Below, one piece after another: positions 50,594 to 59,657 of a stretch of DNA of 64,000 nt. This DNA is from Candidatus Micrarchaeota archaeon (lineage in GTDB: Archaea; Micrarchaeota; Micrarchaeia; Micrarchaeales; CABMGC01), in the NCBI GenBank assembly GCA_021817125.1, contig JAKAWC010000001.1, forward strand, positions 12,327-76,326, in the 5' to 3' direction. The position numbers were made by a program, and so were the translations under genes. The notes under the pieces were generated by a model. The model was not told the DNA's origin and made no database searches. It worked only from the letters and a program-made list of their open reading frames with translations. Numbering within the stretch: position 1 is the first letter of the stretch; every line of letters starts with the position of its first letter.

Positions 50594-51775
50594 ATGGATT
50601 GGGTTGAGGATCTCATATCTAAATCTCAAGTGAAGTTGTTTCCAACGCTTCATCCGCACACTTTAGACGCCGTAAACAGGTATGTTGCGAGCAGGAGGGC
50701 AAAGGGTGTAAACGAAAAGACCATACTCAGGGACCTTTACACGCTGAGGCTTTTCTCAGACGCCTTCGGAAAGAGGGACTACGCCAAGGCCACCAGGGAG
50801 GATCTCGAGGCGGCCCTCACGAAACTTGAGCAGGGCGGCAAGTCAGAGAGCACAAAGGAGAAGGTCAGGGTCACCATAAAGTCATTCTATAAGTATGCCA
50901 TGGGGAAGGACCTATTCTATCCCGAGCAGGTCGCTTGGATAAAGTCCGTGAGGAGGAAGATGCGCCATCTTCCGGACCTTCTCGAGGAGGAGGACATTGC
51001 CACGCTGCTGGGCGCCACGAAGAACCTCCGCGATAAGGCGATAATAGCTCTCCTGTTTGATTCCGGCATAAGGGCGGGGGAGCTCATAAACATGAAGGCA
51101 AAGGACGTCGACCTTGCCAAAGAGCCGGCTCACATCATCGTGGATGGCAAGACGGGAATGAGGCAGGTGCCTATCATGTTCTCTGTACCATACCTTGCCG
51201 ATTACCTGAACGCAGAGCGGAGGAAGCCTGGCGAGCACCTGTTTACACAGGAAGGCGTCTGGAAGGATAAGAACATGCCCATAGATAACCATGCCCTGGG
51301 CACCATGCTTAGAAAGGTGGCAAAGCGCGCAGGCATAGGCAAGCACGTGCACCCCCATTTATTCAGGCATAGCAGGGCAACCTATTACGCAAACAGGCTA
51401 ACGGAGCAGCAGCTCAAGGTCTTCTTCGGCTGGGTTGGAGACAGCAAGATGGCTAGCACGTATGTCCACCTCTCAGGAAGGGACATAGACAATGCCATTC
51501 TCCGGGCAAATGGATTTAAGACGCAGGAAGTTAAGATGGCACCAAAACTGGTAGCAAAGATATGTGCTAAGTGCAAAGCCTCAAACACGATGGAAGCGAT
51601 CTACTGCACCAGATGTGGAGCCCCCCTAGATATAAGCACGGCCATGAAAATGCAGGAGGCAGAAGTGAAGGTAAACGATGCGCTCCTAGAATCGATTAAA
51701 GACCCGAAGATAATAGAGGAGATAGTGCACGCTTATCTCATGCAGCAGAAGGAGAAGTCAAGAGCACGAGGTTAG
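50594..51775 (+). CDS. Tyrosine recombinase/integrase (XerC/D-like) with C-terminal zinc ribbon
   Basis: GIRAGELINMKAKDVD (Arg I), HPHLFRHSRATYYA (H-x-x-R), ASTYVHLSGRD (Tyr), then CAKCK...CTRCG. Confidence 0.85.
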   Translation: MDWVEDLISKSQVKLFPTLHPHTLDAVNRYVASRRAKGVNEKTILRDLYTLRLFSDAFGKRDYAKATREDLEAALTKLEQGGKSESTKEKVRVTIKSFYKYAMGKDLFYPEQVAWIKSVRRKMRHLPDLLEEEDIATLLGATKNLRDKAIIALLFDSGIRAGELINMKAKDVDLAKEPAHIIVDGKTGMRQVPIMFSVPYLADYLNAERRKPGEHLFTQEGVWKDKNMPIDNHALGTMLRKVAKRAGIGKHVHPHLFRHSRATYYANRLTEQQLKVFFGWVGDSKMASTYVHLSGRDIDNAILRANGFKTQEVKMAPKLVAKICAKCKASNTMEAIYCTRCGAPLDISTAMKMQEAEVKVNDALLESIKDPKIIEEIVHAYLMQQKEKSRARG

Positions 51776-51967
51776 AAGCAAAAGCCTCGTAGAAGGTTTT
51801 TATAATGGTTTACCTTATTCTTATTCATGACAAGCGTAGGCGACTTTAACGGATTCTCTAGAGATTAAAATATTACATCTCGGATAATCGGTATCTCTAT
51901 ATTATACACCAAATCGCAAAGCAAAGCGCGTTTTATATAGTTTCGGATGTAAACGATTAACGATTAG

Positions 51968-52600
51968 ATGAGTAACAAGTTAATCGAATTGTTCGGTGAT
52001 AAACTTATCATAGCTAAAGTTAAGAAACGACTTCCACACTTATTTCAGCTTGCCGAGTTAGAGAGTTCTAGAGCGGGAAAGATAGGCATGGAGGTAGGTT
52101 CCGTAAGAGAAAAGATAATCAGTTCCCTTCTCATATATAAGTTTGGAGAAGAAAACGTCGAAACAGAACTGCCTATTACTGAACCAGAAGTGGACGTGAG
52201 GCTTTTCGGATCATCTATATCAATAAAAACAATAACTGGCAAAGAACCGGTAGGGGTTAAGCTTATTTGGACTGTCGATGCAGAAAAAGCGCGGCAATTC
52301 CTAGAAAGTTGGAAACCTAATTGTAATTTAATTTTAGTACAAGTTAATTGGAATGGAATCGGAGGAGTTTATTATATATCAACTGAAACGCAACTTCAAG
52401 TGTTCAGGAAGCTAGGACGTGAGAGGTATATCAAACTACCAAAGGCGGGTACGAACCCGAGAGGCGTTGAGATCTCTAAAGAAGCATTGAAGGCGTTAAT
52501 TGATGACAAGGACACAAAGGCTATTATAGTTGAGTGGAAAAAAGATAGTGTAGATTATAATCCATATAAGAGATGGGTTGATCTGTGGAAGGAGGATTAA
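51968..52600 (+). CDS. Putative type II restriction endonuclease (family not recognised)
   Basis: 210 aa, AT-rich, immediately upstream of the methylase (TAA then GTG). Candidate PD-(D/E)xK-like segment EPEVDVRLFGSSISIKT. Confidence 0.45.
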   Translation: MSNKLIELFGDKLIIAKVKKRLPHLFQLAELESSRAGKIGMEVGSVREKIISSLLIYKFGEENVETELPITEPEVDVRLFGSSISIKTITGKEPVGVKLIWTVDAEKARQFLESWKPNCNLILVQVNWNGIGGVYYISTETQLQVFRKLGRERYIKLPKAGTNPRGVEISKEALKALIDDKDTKAIIVEWKKDSVDYNPYKRWVDLWKED

Positions 52601-53545
52601 GTGTCTGACCAACCAAAGAAAAACGGCTCACAGACAAGTGCTTTCGGTAGTCCAAGCAGAGCTAATCACGATTCTTCTAAGTTTTATAGCGGCAGATTAT
52701 ACGAAGGCCTACCTAAGGCAAAAGAAGACGTTATTTTTGAAGAAAATAAGATACCTACAAACAGACTCAACAAGATATTCTGTTCATCAGCAGAGATTAT
52801 GAAAGAGTTGCCCGATAATAGCGTGCACCTGATGGTTACGTCACCACCTTATAATGTAGGTAAATTGTATGATAAAGAACTAACATTGGAGGAATACAGA
52901 GGATTCCTAACTAGAATTTGGAAGGAAGTTTATCGTGTTCTAGTTCCGGGTGGAAGAGCATGCATAAATGTTGCTAACTTAGGAAGGAAACCATATATAC
53001 CACTGCACACTTTTATAATAGAAGACATGCAAAAGCTAGGTTTCTTGATGAGAGGCGAAGTTATTTGGGAGAAAGGTGCTAGTGCGAGTTCTTCTATTGC
53101 ATGGGGCTCGTATTTGTCTGCTAAGAACCCTGTTTTAAGAGATGGACATGAATACATCCTGATATTCTCTAAAGAGTCATTTACGAGAGGTATAAAGGAA
53201 GAGATGAAATCTACAATAACAAAGGAGGAGTTCATAGAATATACAAAGAGCATCTGGTCTTTCAATGCCGAGTCTGCAACAAGGATAGGACATCCAGCAC
53301 CGTATCCAGTAGAATTGCCATCTAGATGTATTAAACTCTATACATTTGAGAATGAGGTCGTTTTAGATCCATTTATGGGAAGCGGAACAACTGCCGTTGC
53401 GGCGCTAATGCTCAGCAGGAAGTTTGTAGGTTATGACGTAGAGGAGAAGTACATCAAACTTGCCGAGAAGAGGATAGAATCGGTTAGAGACACGTCCAAG
53501 CAACAGAAAATTACTAAAGCGGAGATTTACGAGCAGCCACAATAA
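52601..53545 (+). CDS. DNA methyltransferase, beta-class (N4-cytosine or N6-adenine)
   Basis: Motif IV MVTSPPYNV precedes motif I DPFMGSGTTAVAA. 314 aa. Confidence 0.85.
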   Translation: MSDQPKKNGSQTSAFGSPSRANHDSSKFYSGRLYEGLPKAKEDVIFEENKIPTNRLNKIFCSSAEIMKELPDNSVHLMVTSPPYNVGKLYDKELTLEEYRGFLTRIWKEVYRVLVPGGRACINVANLGRKPYIPLHTFIIEDMQKLGFLMRGEVIWEKGASASSSIAWGSYLSAKNPVLRDGHEYILIFSKESFTRGIKEEMKSTITKEEFIEYTKSIWSFNAESATRIGHPAPYPVELPSRCIKLYTFENEVVLDPFMGSGTTAVAALMLSRKFVGYDVEEKYIKLAEKRIESVRDTSKQQKITKAEIYEQPQ

Positions 53546-53682
53546 GTCCTTTCTATTAACGCTATTTTAGTTAGTCTTCTCTTTCTGCCCTTCCACTTTC
53601 TTTTTCTCCTTTCTACCTTCCTCCTTCTCGAAGACGTTTACCGCCGTTTTGCCTGCCTGTCGCGCGGAGCGCCCCACTGGTT

Positions 53683-54606
53683 TCACGGGTTTCGCGTCTT
53701 TTCTCCGGTCTTCTTCTGTCCGTTCTTGGCATTCTTCGGCCTTAGCACCGCCTCCAATAACTCAAGCTCGGCTTCGTCAGTCAGGTGGGCATCGATGTTT
53801 ATGTGCTTCTTTCCTGCCGAGTCGGCGATTATGCATCCTGGGCCGACAGCATCTTTTATCATCTTCTCAAGCTCGCCAAGAGCCTCGAAGTTTCTTGCGT
53901 CTAGCGCCGAGATGGCGAAGTGTAAAATCGGGATTAGCTTGCCCGCCTGCGCCATCGCAATCCTGCTCTCAATGCCGTAGAACGTGGCGTCGTATTCGGC
54001 GTGCTCTAAAAACGGATTCCGGATTGCGTCCGCCATTGCCTTGCCCCCCTGCTCTAGCCAGTCTGCGTAGAAATCGCTGTTGAGGTAGTAGCCCCTGCTG
54101 GCTCTTTTGTCGGCAAGTTCACGGGTCTCCACCACATGGACGTACGCACCGGCCAACCCGTCCAGCATCTTCTGCACGGTATATCCGCCTATGAGCAATG
54201 GCACCTTCCTTCGGTCCGGGAAAAGTGTATGGTATGCTATGCCGAGCGCCCTCTCGGCAGTGTCTCCGGCAAGGTTTCCAAGCCGATTCAGCATCTCAAG
54301 GAAAGCGTCTTCTCCGGGCAGCAATGCCGTTATTGCACGGAGGTCATCATCGGCAGTCTTCTCCGTCGCATTCATTGCAGTCACCAACTTGCCGAGCGTG
54401 CTAAAAAGGCGCATGTTTGCTATCAGGTTCTCGAGCACCTTGTTTATGTACCTATCCTTTATCCTGTCGACAACCATCACCCCGCCCTTCTCCCCTAATA
54501 TGCTTATAATCACTTTTTCCCTGTCCAGGAGCGCGCTCTTCAGCCTGCCGGGATTCTCCTTCAACAGCTTTAGTCCGTCTATCCTGCCGCTTTCTGCATT
54601 AGCCAT
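53683..54606 (-). CDS. Hypothetical protein (island-encoded, 307 aa)
   Basis: Long ORF with ordinary composition. No motif recognised. Divergent from the NYN gene across an AT-rich spacer. Confidence 0.55.
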   Translation of the reverse strand: MANAESGRIDGLKLLKENPGRLKSALLDREKVIISILGEKGGVMVVDRIKDRYINKVLENLIANMRLFSTLGKLVTAMNATEKTADDDLRAITALLPGEDAFLEMLNRLGNLAGDTAERALGIAYHTLFPDRRKVPLLIGGYTVQKMLDGLAGAYVHVVETRELADKRASRGYYLNSDFYADWLEQGGKAMADAIRNPFLEHAEYDATFYGIESRIAMAQAGKLIPILHFAISALDARNFEALGELEKMIKDAVGPGCIIADSAGKKHINIDAHLTDEAELELLEAVLRPKNAKNGQKKTGEKTRNP

Positions 54607-54762
54607 AGGTATGCACTAGATGGGTATGTTACAATAAGTATTTAAATCTTTCAATTTATCATCATTTATACTAAAGTAAACATATTTTCACCAATAGCTT
54701 TATAAATATCCATTATTATATATTATAATTAGTTACGGTATAATAAAATAAATGGTGGAAAT

Positions 54763-55410
54763 ATGAAAAACACAATCGTGTACATAGACGGGGGATACGT
54801 CGCGAAGGTCGCCGAGCACCTGAGGGACAAGACGGGCGCGAAGATGAGCCTGGTCGATACCGTGCGCAACCTTGCGGAATCGCAGGGGCTCAACTGCACC
54901 AAGGCGTACTACTACGACGCGCCTCCGATGGCGGGCATGGTGCCGATCGGCTTCAGGGACGTCGTGCGGTTCGAGAGGTACAAGAGGCTCGTGCGCAGGC
55001 TCGAGCGCGCCGGGAACTTCGTGGTCAGGGAGGGGAGGGTCCAGCGGATAAACGGGTCGTACAGGCAGAAGGGCGTGGACGCCCTCGTAATCATGGACCT
55101 GCTCGAAGAGCCTTTCGCGGAGGAGGGCGTGGACACCATAATCATCCTCGCCGGGGACACCGACTTCGTGCCGGTCCTCCAGAGGCTCAGGGAGAAGGGC
55201 ATAAAGGTCATCCTGGCCTGCTACCCTCCACAGCCGGACACTACGAGGTTCGGGGTATCGGACTACATGCTCGGCGCATGCGACAAGCTTGTCCTGCTCA
55301 AGTATGACGCAACGGAGAAGGAGGGTCCGGCAAAAGAGACTCCGGTCAAGGCCATGCTGGTCAGGAGGATGCAGTCAGAGCTGTTCGGCGGCGTCCAAAT
55401 CCTCCGGTGA
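54763..55410 (+). CDS. NYN-domain (LabA/DUF88-like) putative ribonuclease
   Basis: IVYIDGGYV, KGVDALVIMD, LAGDTDFVPVLQRLREKGIKVIL acidic motifs. Confidence 0.75.
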   Translation: MKNTIVYIDGGYVAKVAEHLRDKTGAKMSLVDTVRNLAESQGLNCTKAYYYDAPPMAGMVPIGFRDVVRFERYKRLVRRLERAGNFVVREGRVQRINGSYRQKGVDALVIMDLLEEPFAEEGVDTIIILAGDTDFVPVLQRLREKGIKVILACYPPQPDTTRFGVSDYMLGACDKLVLLKYDATEKEGPAKETPVKAMLVRRMQSELFGGVQILR

Positions 55411-55499
55411 GGGGGATAAATGCACAGGTGTCCACAAATCCATAGCACTTTAAGGATATATTGAAGTAAATGAAATTTATCTGCGTAAAAGATGATTGG

Positions 55500-55646
55500 A
55501 TGAAAAAGCTCGAGAAACCGATGCTTGTCCTGCTCAGCCGCGACCTGTCAGAGTGGCTCGAGCAGAAGGCACAGCAGGGGTACAAGAAGGGCTCGCTCGT
55601 CAGGCACATCCTTGAGAAATACAAGGAGGCTGAGAGCGGCTCTTAG
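55500..55646 (+). CDS. Small ribbon-helix-helix-like protein (not in ORF track, 48 aa)
   Basis: Translation MKKLEKPMLVLLSRDLSEWLEQKAQQGYKKGSLVRHILEKYKEAESGS. TAG overlaps the next GTG by 1 nt. Confidence 0.45.
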   Translation: MKKLEKPMLVLLSRDLSEWLEQKAQQGYKKGSLVRHILEKYKEAESGS

Positions 55647-55846
55647 TGAAGCCGGAAACGGCATCTGGGGGTACTATGGGGGATGAAGGACGCGAAGAGA
55701 GAGTGAAAGCGTACTCAGAGGCGATTGCACAGTTCTTCGAGCATTCTGAGCTTCTTGGGAGTGATGCGCGAAGGGCTTTCGTGCTCCACATAAAAGAGCT
55801 CGTGGAGAGGGAGATGAAGATGAAACAAAAACAACTATCGCTGTGA
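55646..55846 (+). CDS. Small hypothetical protein
   Basis: 66 aa, helical/charged. Coupled between the RHH-like ORF and the ATPase. ATG 55676 is an alternative start. Confidence 0.35.
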   Translation: MKPETASGGTMGDEGREERVKAYSEAIAQFFEHSELLGSDARRAFVLHIKELVEREMKMKQKQLSL

Positions 55847-55850
55847 TTTT

Positions 55851-58010
55851 ATGGCAATGATGATTGAGACTTCCGTGGGGAGCGCCGTGGGTTCGCTGAG
55901 GGCAAGGATAGACGGGGATTCCCGGCTGAAGACGAGGGCGAAGGTCGCTCTGGGCATGCTCGGCTCTGCGGTCGTGATATTGTACTTCAACGCCGTCGCG
56001 CTGTCCGTCTTCTATGGCGTGTTCGGGAGCACGGCGTTATTGGCAGCCGCCCTGGTTCTCGGCAACGCCCTGCTGGTCAGGAGCGCGAAGAAAAGGCACG
56101 AGAAGGCCGCCAAGCCGAGGCCAAAGAAGGGCGAGATCTACATCGGAAGGTCTTACGCGCACAGCACCGAGATATACGGCAACGTAAGGGAGAGGACCAT
56201 CGGAGGCTCGGCTGCGGGAGGCCGCTCCTCGCTGAAAGCTGTGGAGGTGGGCACCGATGGCGACCATTACATAGACTACCTGAACGAGCCGAACCCGCAC
56301 GTCCTCATGCTGGGAAGCACGTCGAGCGGCAAGACCACGACGATGCGCACCTTCGTCTCAAGGGCTGCGCTCCAGGACAAGGTAAACTTCCTTGCCATTG
56401 ACTGGAACGGCGAGTCGGAGGAGTGGGCGAGGATGACCAACGCCACGTTCTGGAAGGTGCCGGAGAACCTGAAGGTCAACCCGTTCCTGCTGAACGGTCT
56501 CTCAAAAGAGGCGAGGGCGAGCGTGGCTACCGAGAACTTCGTAGTGGCGGCGCACCTGACGCCACTCCAGTCGACGAAGCTGAAGAGCTCGCTTCTCGGC
56601 TTCTACCTCAACGGCAAGGAGCCCAGCCTCTTTGAGCTGTGGCAGGTTCTCTGTGCGAGGGAGAAGAACGACCTCATTGGCCACAGGATGCGCGCGATAC
56701 AGCGCGTCATAGGCACGGAGCCTGACGGCTTCTGGGAGCGCGTCATGTCCGGGAACAATATCATAAGCCTTGCCGGCCTGAACGAGAGCGAGAAGTCGCT
56801 GGTCGCCTACGCGCTCCTCCAAAGGCTGACCGAGGTCTTTGAGAAGAGCCCTGACATGAACGGCAGACTCAGGCTCATGGTGGTCCTCGACGAGGCGTGG
56901 CAGTTCCTGACAGGGGAGCGGCGCGAGTTCGGCATAGAGACGCACCAGGAGTCCATAGTGGAGAAGATAATTCGCCTTGGAAGGAAGTACGGGTTCGGGA
57001 TGGTCATCTCCACCCAGCAGGTCGAGGACCTGCCCAACGTCTTCATAAACTCCAGCGCGCTGGTCATGCTCCACTACTACCGCAACGTCGGGCTCTACAA
57101 CAAGAAGAAGTTCGACCTGACGCCCTTCGAGCTCGCCTACGTCCGCTCCGCGGCGCAGGGGGAGATGCTCCTCTTCGACAGGGCTATGAACCACAGGGGC
57201 AAGTGGCACTCCGAATACATCAAGGTCGCGCCGCTGACGGAGAAGGAGGCCGCCCAGCTTGCCAACCTGCAGAAGCTCTTCGTTCCGCCGAAGATAGACG
57301 AGCCTGAGATGCCCATCGAGGAGTACCATAACGGCAGGCCTGTGACCAACAGGGTCACTGTGAAGGCGTACAGGGCGGCATTCCCTATTCCCGTGGGCGC
57401 GCCCACGCCGGCGATGCATGCCGCCATGCTGGGCATCCAGAATAGCAGGAGCAAGACGATGTCACAGATAATAGGCTACATAAGGTCGCGGGGCTGGCTA
57501 ACCAGCTACTCCACGCTCTACGGCTCAAACGGAAGCAAGCCAGGCATCCTGGACACGCTCATAAAGGCGGGCTTCGCCCAGAAGGATGGCGAGCACTACT
57601 CCCTGACCGAGAAGGGCCTCGGCTGGGTCGACCCCATGCGCATCCTGATGAACCAGTCGGAGCGCCTCGGGTCGGAGGAGCACAGGCTCCTGCTTGTAAG
57701 GACGACAGAGCTCCTGCACGAGAATAATACTCTTGTACTGACGACAAGGGAGAAGCACTCGTTCGACCTGCTCTCCTACCCCGTCCACGAGAAGAAGAAG
57801 TGGATCTGGGACCAGAAAGGCATAAAGGGATACGAGGCCCAGACCAGCGCGAGGAAGGACTCCGTGGACGAGAACAAGGGCAAGGCGGAGAGATGGAAGA
57901 TACCCTTGGTCTGGATAGCGAACGATTCTAGCATCTTGGAAGCGATAAAGGGGCTCACGAATAACACGAACGAATATATGCTGATAACTGATAATATGGT
58001 ACGACCATGA
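55851..58010 (+). CDS. Membrane-anchored HerA/FtsK-superfamily ATPase with C-terminal winged-helix and nuclease-like region
   Basis: Two N-terminal TM helices. Walker A GSTSSGKTT, AIDWNGE, Walker B MVVLDEAWQF, LGRKYGFGMVISTQQ. The C-terminus has DGEHYSLTEKGLGWV (wHTH-like) and an E...D...EAQ segment. Confidence 0.75.
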   Translation: MAMMIETSVGSAVGSLRARIDGDSRLKTRAKVALGMLGSAVVILYFNAVALSVFYGVFGSTALLAAALVLGNALLVRSAKKRHEKAAKPRPKKGEIYIGRSYAHSTEIYGNVRERTIGGSAAGGRSSLKAVEVGTDGDHYIDYLNEPNPHVLMLGSTSSGKTTTMRTFVSRAALQDKVNFLAIDWNGESEEWARMTNATFWKVPENLKVNPFLLNGLSKEARASVATENFVVAAHLTPLQSTKLKSSLLGFYLNGKEPSLFELWQVLCAREKNDLIGHRMRAIQRVIGTEPDGFWERVMSGNNIISLAGLNESEKSLVAYALLQRLTEVFEKSPDMNGRLRLMVVLDEAWQFLTGERREFGIETHQESIVEKIIRLGRKYGFGMVISTQQVEDLPNVFINSSALVMLHYYRNVGLYNKKKFDLTPFELAYVRSAAQGEMLLFDRAMNHRGKWHSEYIKVAPLTEKEAAQLANLQKLFVPPKIDEPEMPIEEYHNGRPVTNRVTVKAYRAAFPIPVGAPTPAMHAAMLGIQNSRSKTMSQIIGYIRSRGWLTSYSTLYGSNGSKPGILDTLIKAGFAQKDGEHYSLTEKGLGWVDPMRILMNQSERLGSEEHRLLLVRTTELLHENNTLVLTTREKHSFDLLSYPVHEKKKWIWDQKGIKGYEAQTSARKDSVDENKGKAERWKIPLVWIANDSSILEAIKGLTNNTNEYMLITDNMVRP

Positions 58011-58249
58011 AGAAGGCTGTGCTTGGGCGTCCGATGTACGAGGCCCTCAAGGCGGCGCTCAAGGAGGCATCCAAGAGGAACGATGCGGAGAATCCCATGT
58101 CAATAGAGTCGTTCTTCGAGAGGATGGAGAAACTCACGCTGAAGAAGCTCGGCGCGAGGGCGAGGAGGCTACTGCTCGGCAAACTCCGGGAGAGAGATTA
58201 TCTTGTAGAATACAAGGAGGGAAAGGCGTGGAGGCAGAGTAGGTTATAA
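58007..58249 (+). CDS. Small hypothetical protein (possible wHTH)
   Basis: 80 aa. ATG overlaps the ATPase stop (ATGA 58007-58010). Confidence 0.45.
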   Translation: MKKAVLGRPMYEALKAALKEASKRNDAENPMSIESFFERMEKLTLKKLGARARRLLLGKLRERDYLVEYKEGKAWRQSRL

Positions 58250-58279
58250 TCCAGCTTTGGTTCGGACTCAGGAGCAGAC

Positions 58280-59023
58280 CTATCTCCTTTTGAGGAAGAA
58301 ATAAAGCAGGAATATAAAGCCACTTGATAGATGTGTAGGGAAGCTGTTTCCTACAATGAACGAGCCTATGGCAAATATTATCGTAGTGACCGTTGCCAAC
58401 GCATAAAATCCTTGCATGATGCAGCCAGCCCTCCAAAAGGCTTCTTTAGGGTTTATTTTTCTTCCGACCAAGGCGTTTAATCGTGTGACAAACGCTACGA
58501 GCTTGCTTGTTCCTGCTTTTTTAGATGATTTACGAAAAGCGTCCCAGTCTATGATGAGACCCATCATCATAAAGAGCATCATGTCAAAGCCGATAAGTGA
58601 CGTCCCGGCGCCAAGTTTACCTAAATAAACGTAATCCATCATGGAAAGGAGGTAAGTGGAGAATACGGCTACAGCTATCGCACTTTTAAAAGATAGGTAT
58701 TTTTTAAATCGCTGCTCAAAAGCTAGCGAGTATAGGATGGCAAAAAACAGCATGATTGCCACTGCGCCATCATTTGCATCAATTCCCTGTGCGATTGAAG
58801 TATAGCTTTTCGACAGATTCTCACAGTAATTTATAGGAGACGTTATGAAGATGCCAATTAATGTAGAGTTGGTACATGCGGTGTTTGATCCGTAAAAACT
58901 GATGTAAGCTAGATTAGCACCTTCGTAGAGCAACACGAAAATCAAGCTACCTATTGCTGCTAAAACAGCACTCAATAGGATTTTGTGTTCAAAAACTTGC
59001 AACAAAAACTGTTTTGCATCCAT
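58280..59023 (-). CDS. Polytopic membrane protein (AT-rich, island)
   Basis: 247 aa, about 7 hydrophobic helices. No motif recognised. Confidence 0.55.
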   Translation of the reverse strand: MDAKQFLLQVFEHKILLSAVLAAIGSLIFVLLYEGANLAYISFYGSNTACTNSTLIGIFITSPINYCENLSKSYTSIAQGIDANDGAVAIMLFFAILYSLAFEQRFKKYLSFKSAIAVAVFSTYLLSMMDYVYLGKLGAGTSLIGFDMMLFMMMGLIIDWDAFRKSSKKAGTSKLVAFVTRLNALVGRKINPKEAFWRAGCIMQGFYALATVTTIIFAIGSFIVGNSFPTHLSSGFIFLLYFFLKRR

Positions 59024-59105
59024 TACTATAACCTGTAGTCTCGCGGTTTAATAATAGATTGTGCGTTTGCATTAACAGGCGTGAATGCGACATTTTGCAC
59101 TTTGT

Positions 59106-59267
59106 TCAACCATGTCTATAGTATAAGAGTGCTCCTAGTAAAAATATAATGCCTATCACGATTACGACAGAACCTGCAAAGGTTTCTTTATTGATTAATG
59201 CGTCGGCACCTACCAGTATGAATACGCCTCCGGTTAATAGGTATTCAATTGGTGTCCTCGTTTTCAT
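59106..59267 (-). CDS. Small 2-TM membrane protein (not in ORF track, 53 aa)
   Basis: Translation MKTRTPIEYLLTGGVFILVGADALINKETFAGSVVIVIGIIFLLGALLYYRHG. ATG overlaps the upstream stop (ATGA 59264-59267). Confidence 0.45.
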   Translation of the reverse strand: MKTRTPIEYLLTGGVFILVGADALINKETFAGSVVIVIGIIFLLGALLYYRHG

Positions 59268-59656
59268 CGTGTTCGCCTGCCGGCGCGAGCCCTACGTCGT
59301 TTTATATGTGACTTTCCTCTTTTAATAATTCTTCCCCATAAATCCTTATCCAAGTCTATATCTAATGCATCAAGACTTTTTGAGACTGCACCGTATCCGC
59401 CCGTCAAAAGAACGAGCGCGGTCGTGTCGGGGTCGATTGGAAGTGTTGCTGTATTCAATACGCCAAGAGCTATCACCCCCGCTACTATCAATAGCGCACT
59501 CAGAATCAACCATGCATTGATTAAAGCAGTGAGGAAGTCAATCTTCTTTTTCATAAAGAATTTAAGAACTATCCAGAGGACTACGGCCAGCAAGAAGGCA
59601 CCGACGATAAAGTACCCAAACGACGGCTGTTGACTTGACGACAATTGAATGCTCAC
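59264..59656 (-). CDS. Membrane protein (3 TM) with basic C-terminal tail
   Basis: 130 aa. GTG start. Hydrophobic helices, then KRGKSHIKRRRARAGRRTR. Confidence 0.5.
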   Translation of the reverse strand: MSIQLSSSQQPSFGYFIVGAFLLAVVLWIVLKFFMKKKIDFLTALINAWLILSALLIVAGVIALGVLNTATLPIDPDTTALVLLTGGYGAVSKSLDALDIDLDKDLWGRIIKRGKSHIKRRRARAGRRTR

Positions 59657-59657
59657 G

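Noticed and set aside
56502-57419. 305-aa minus-strand ORF
   Set aside because: It is antisense to the HerA-like ATPase core (the Walker B and GRKYG region are on the plus strand).
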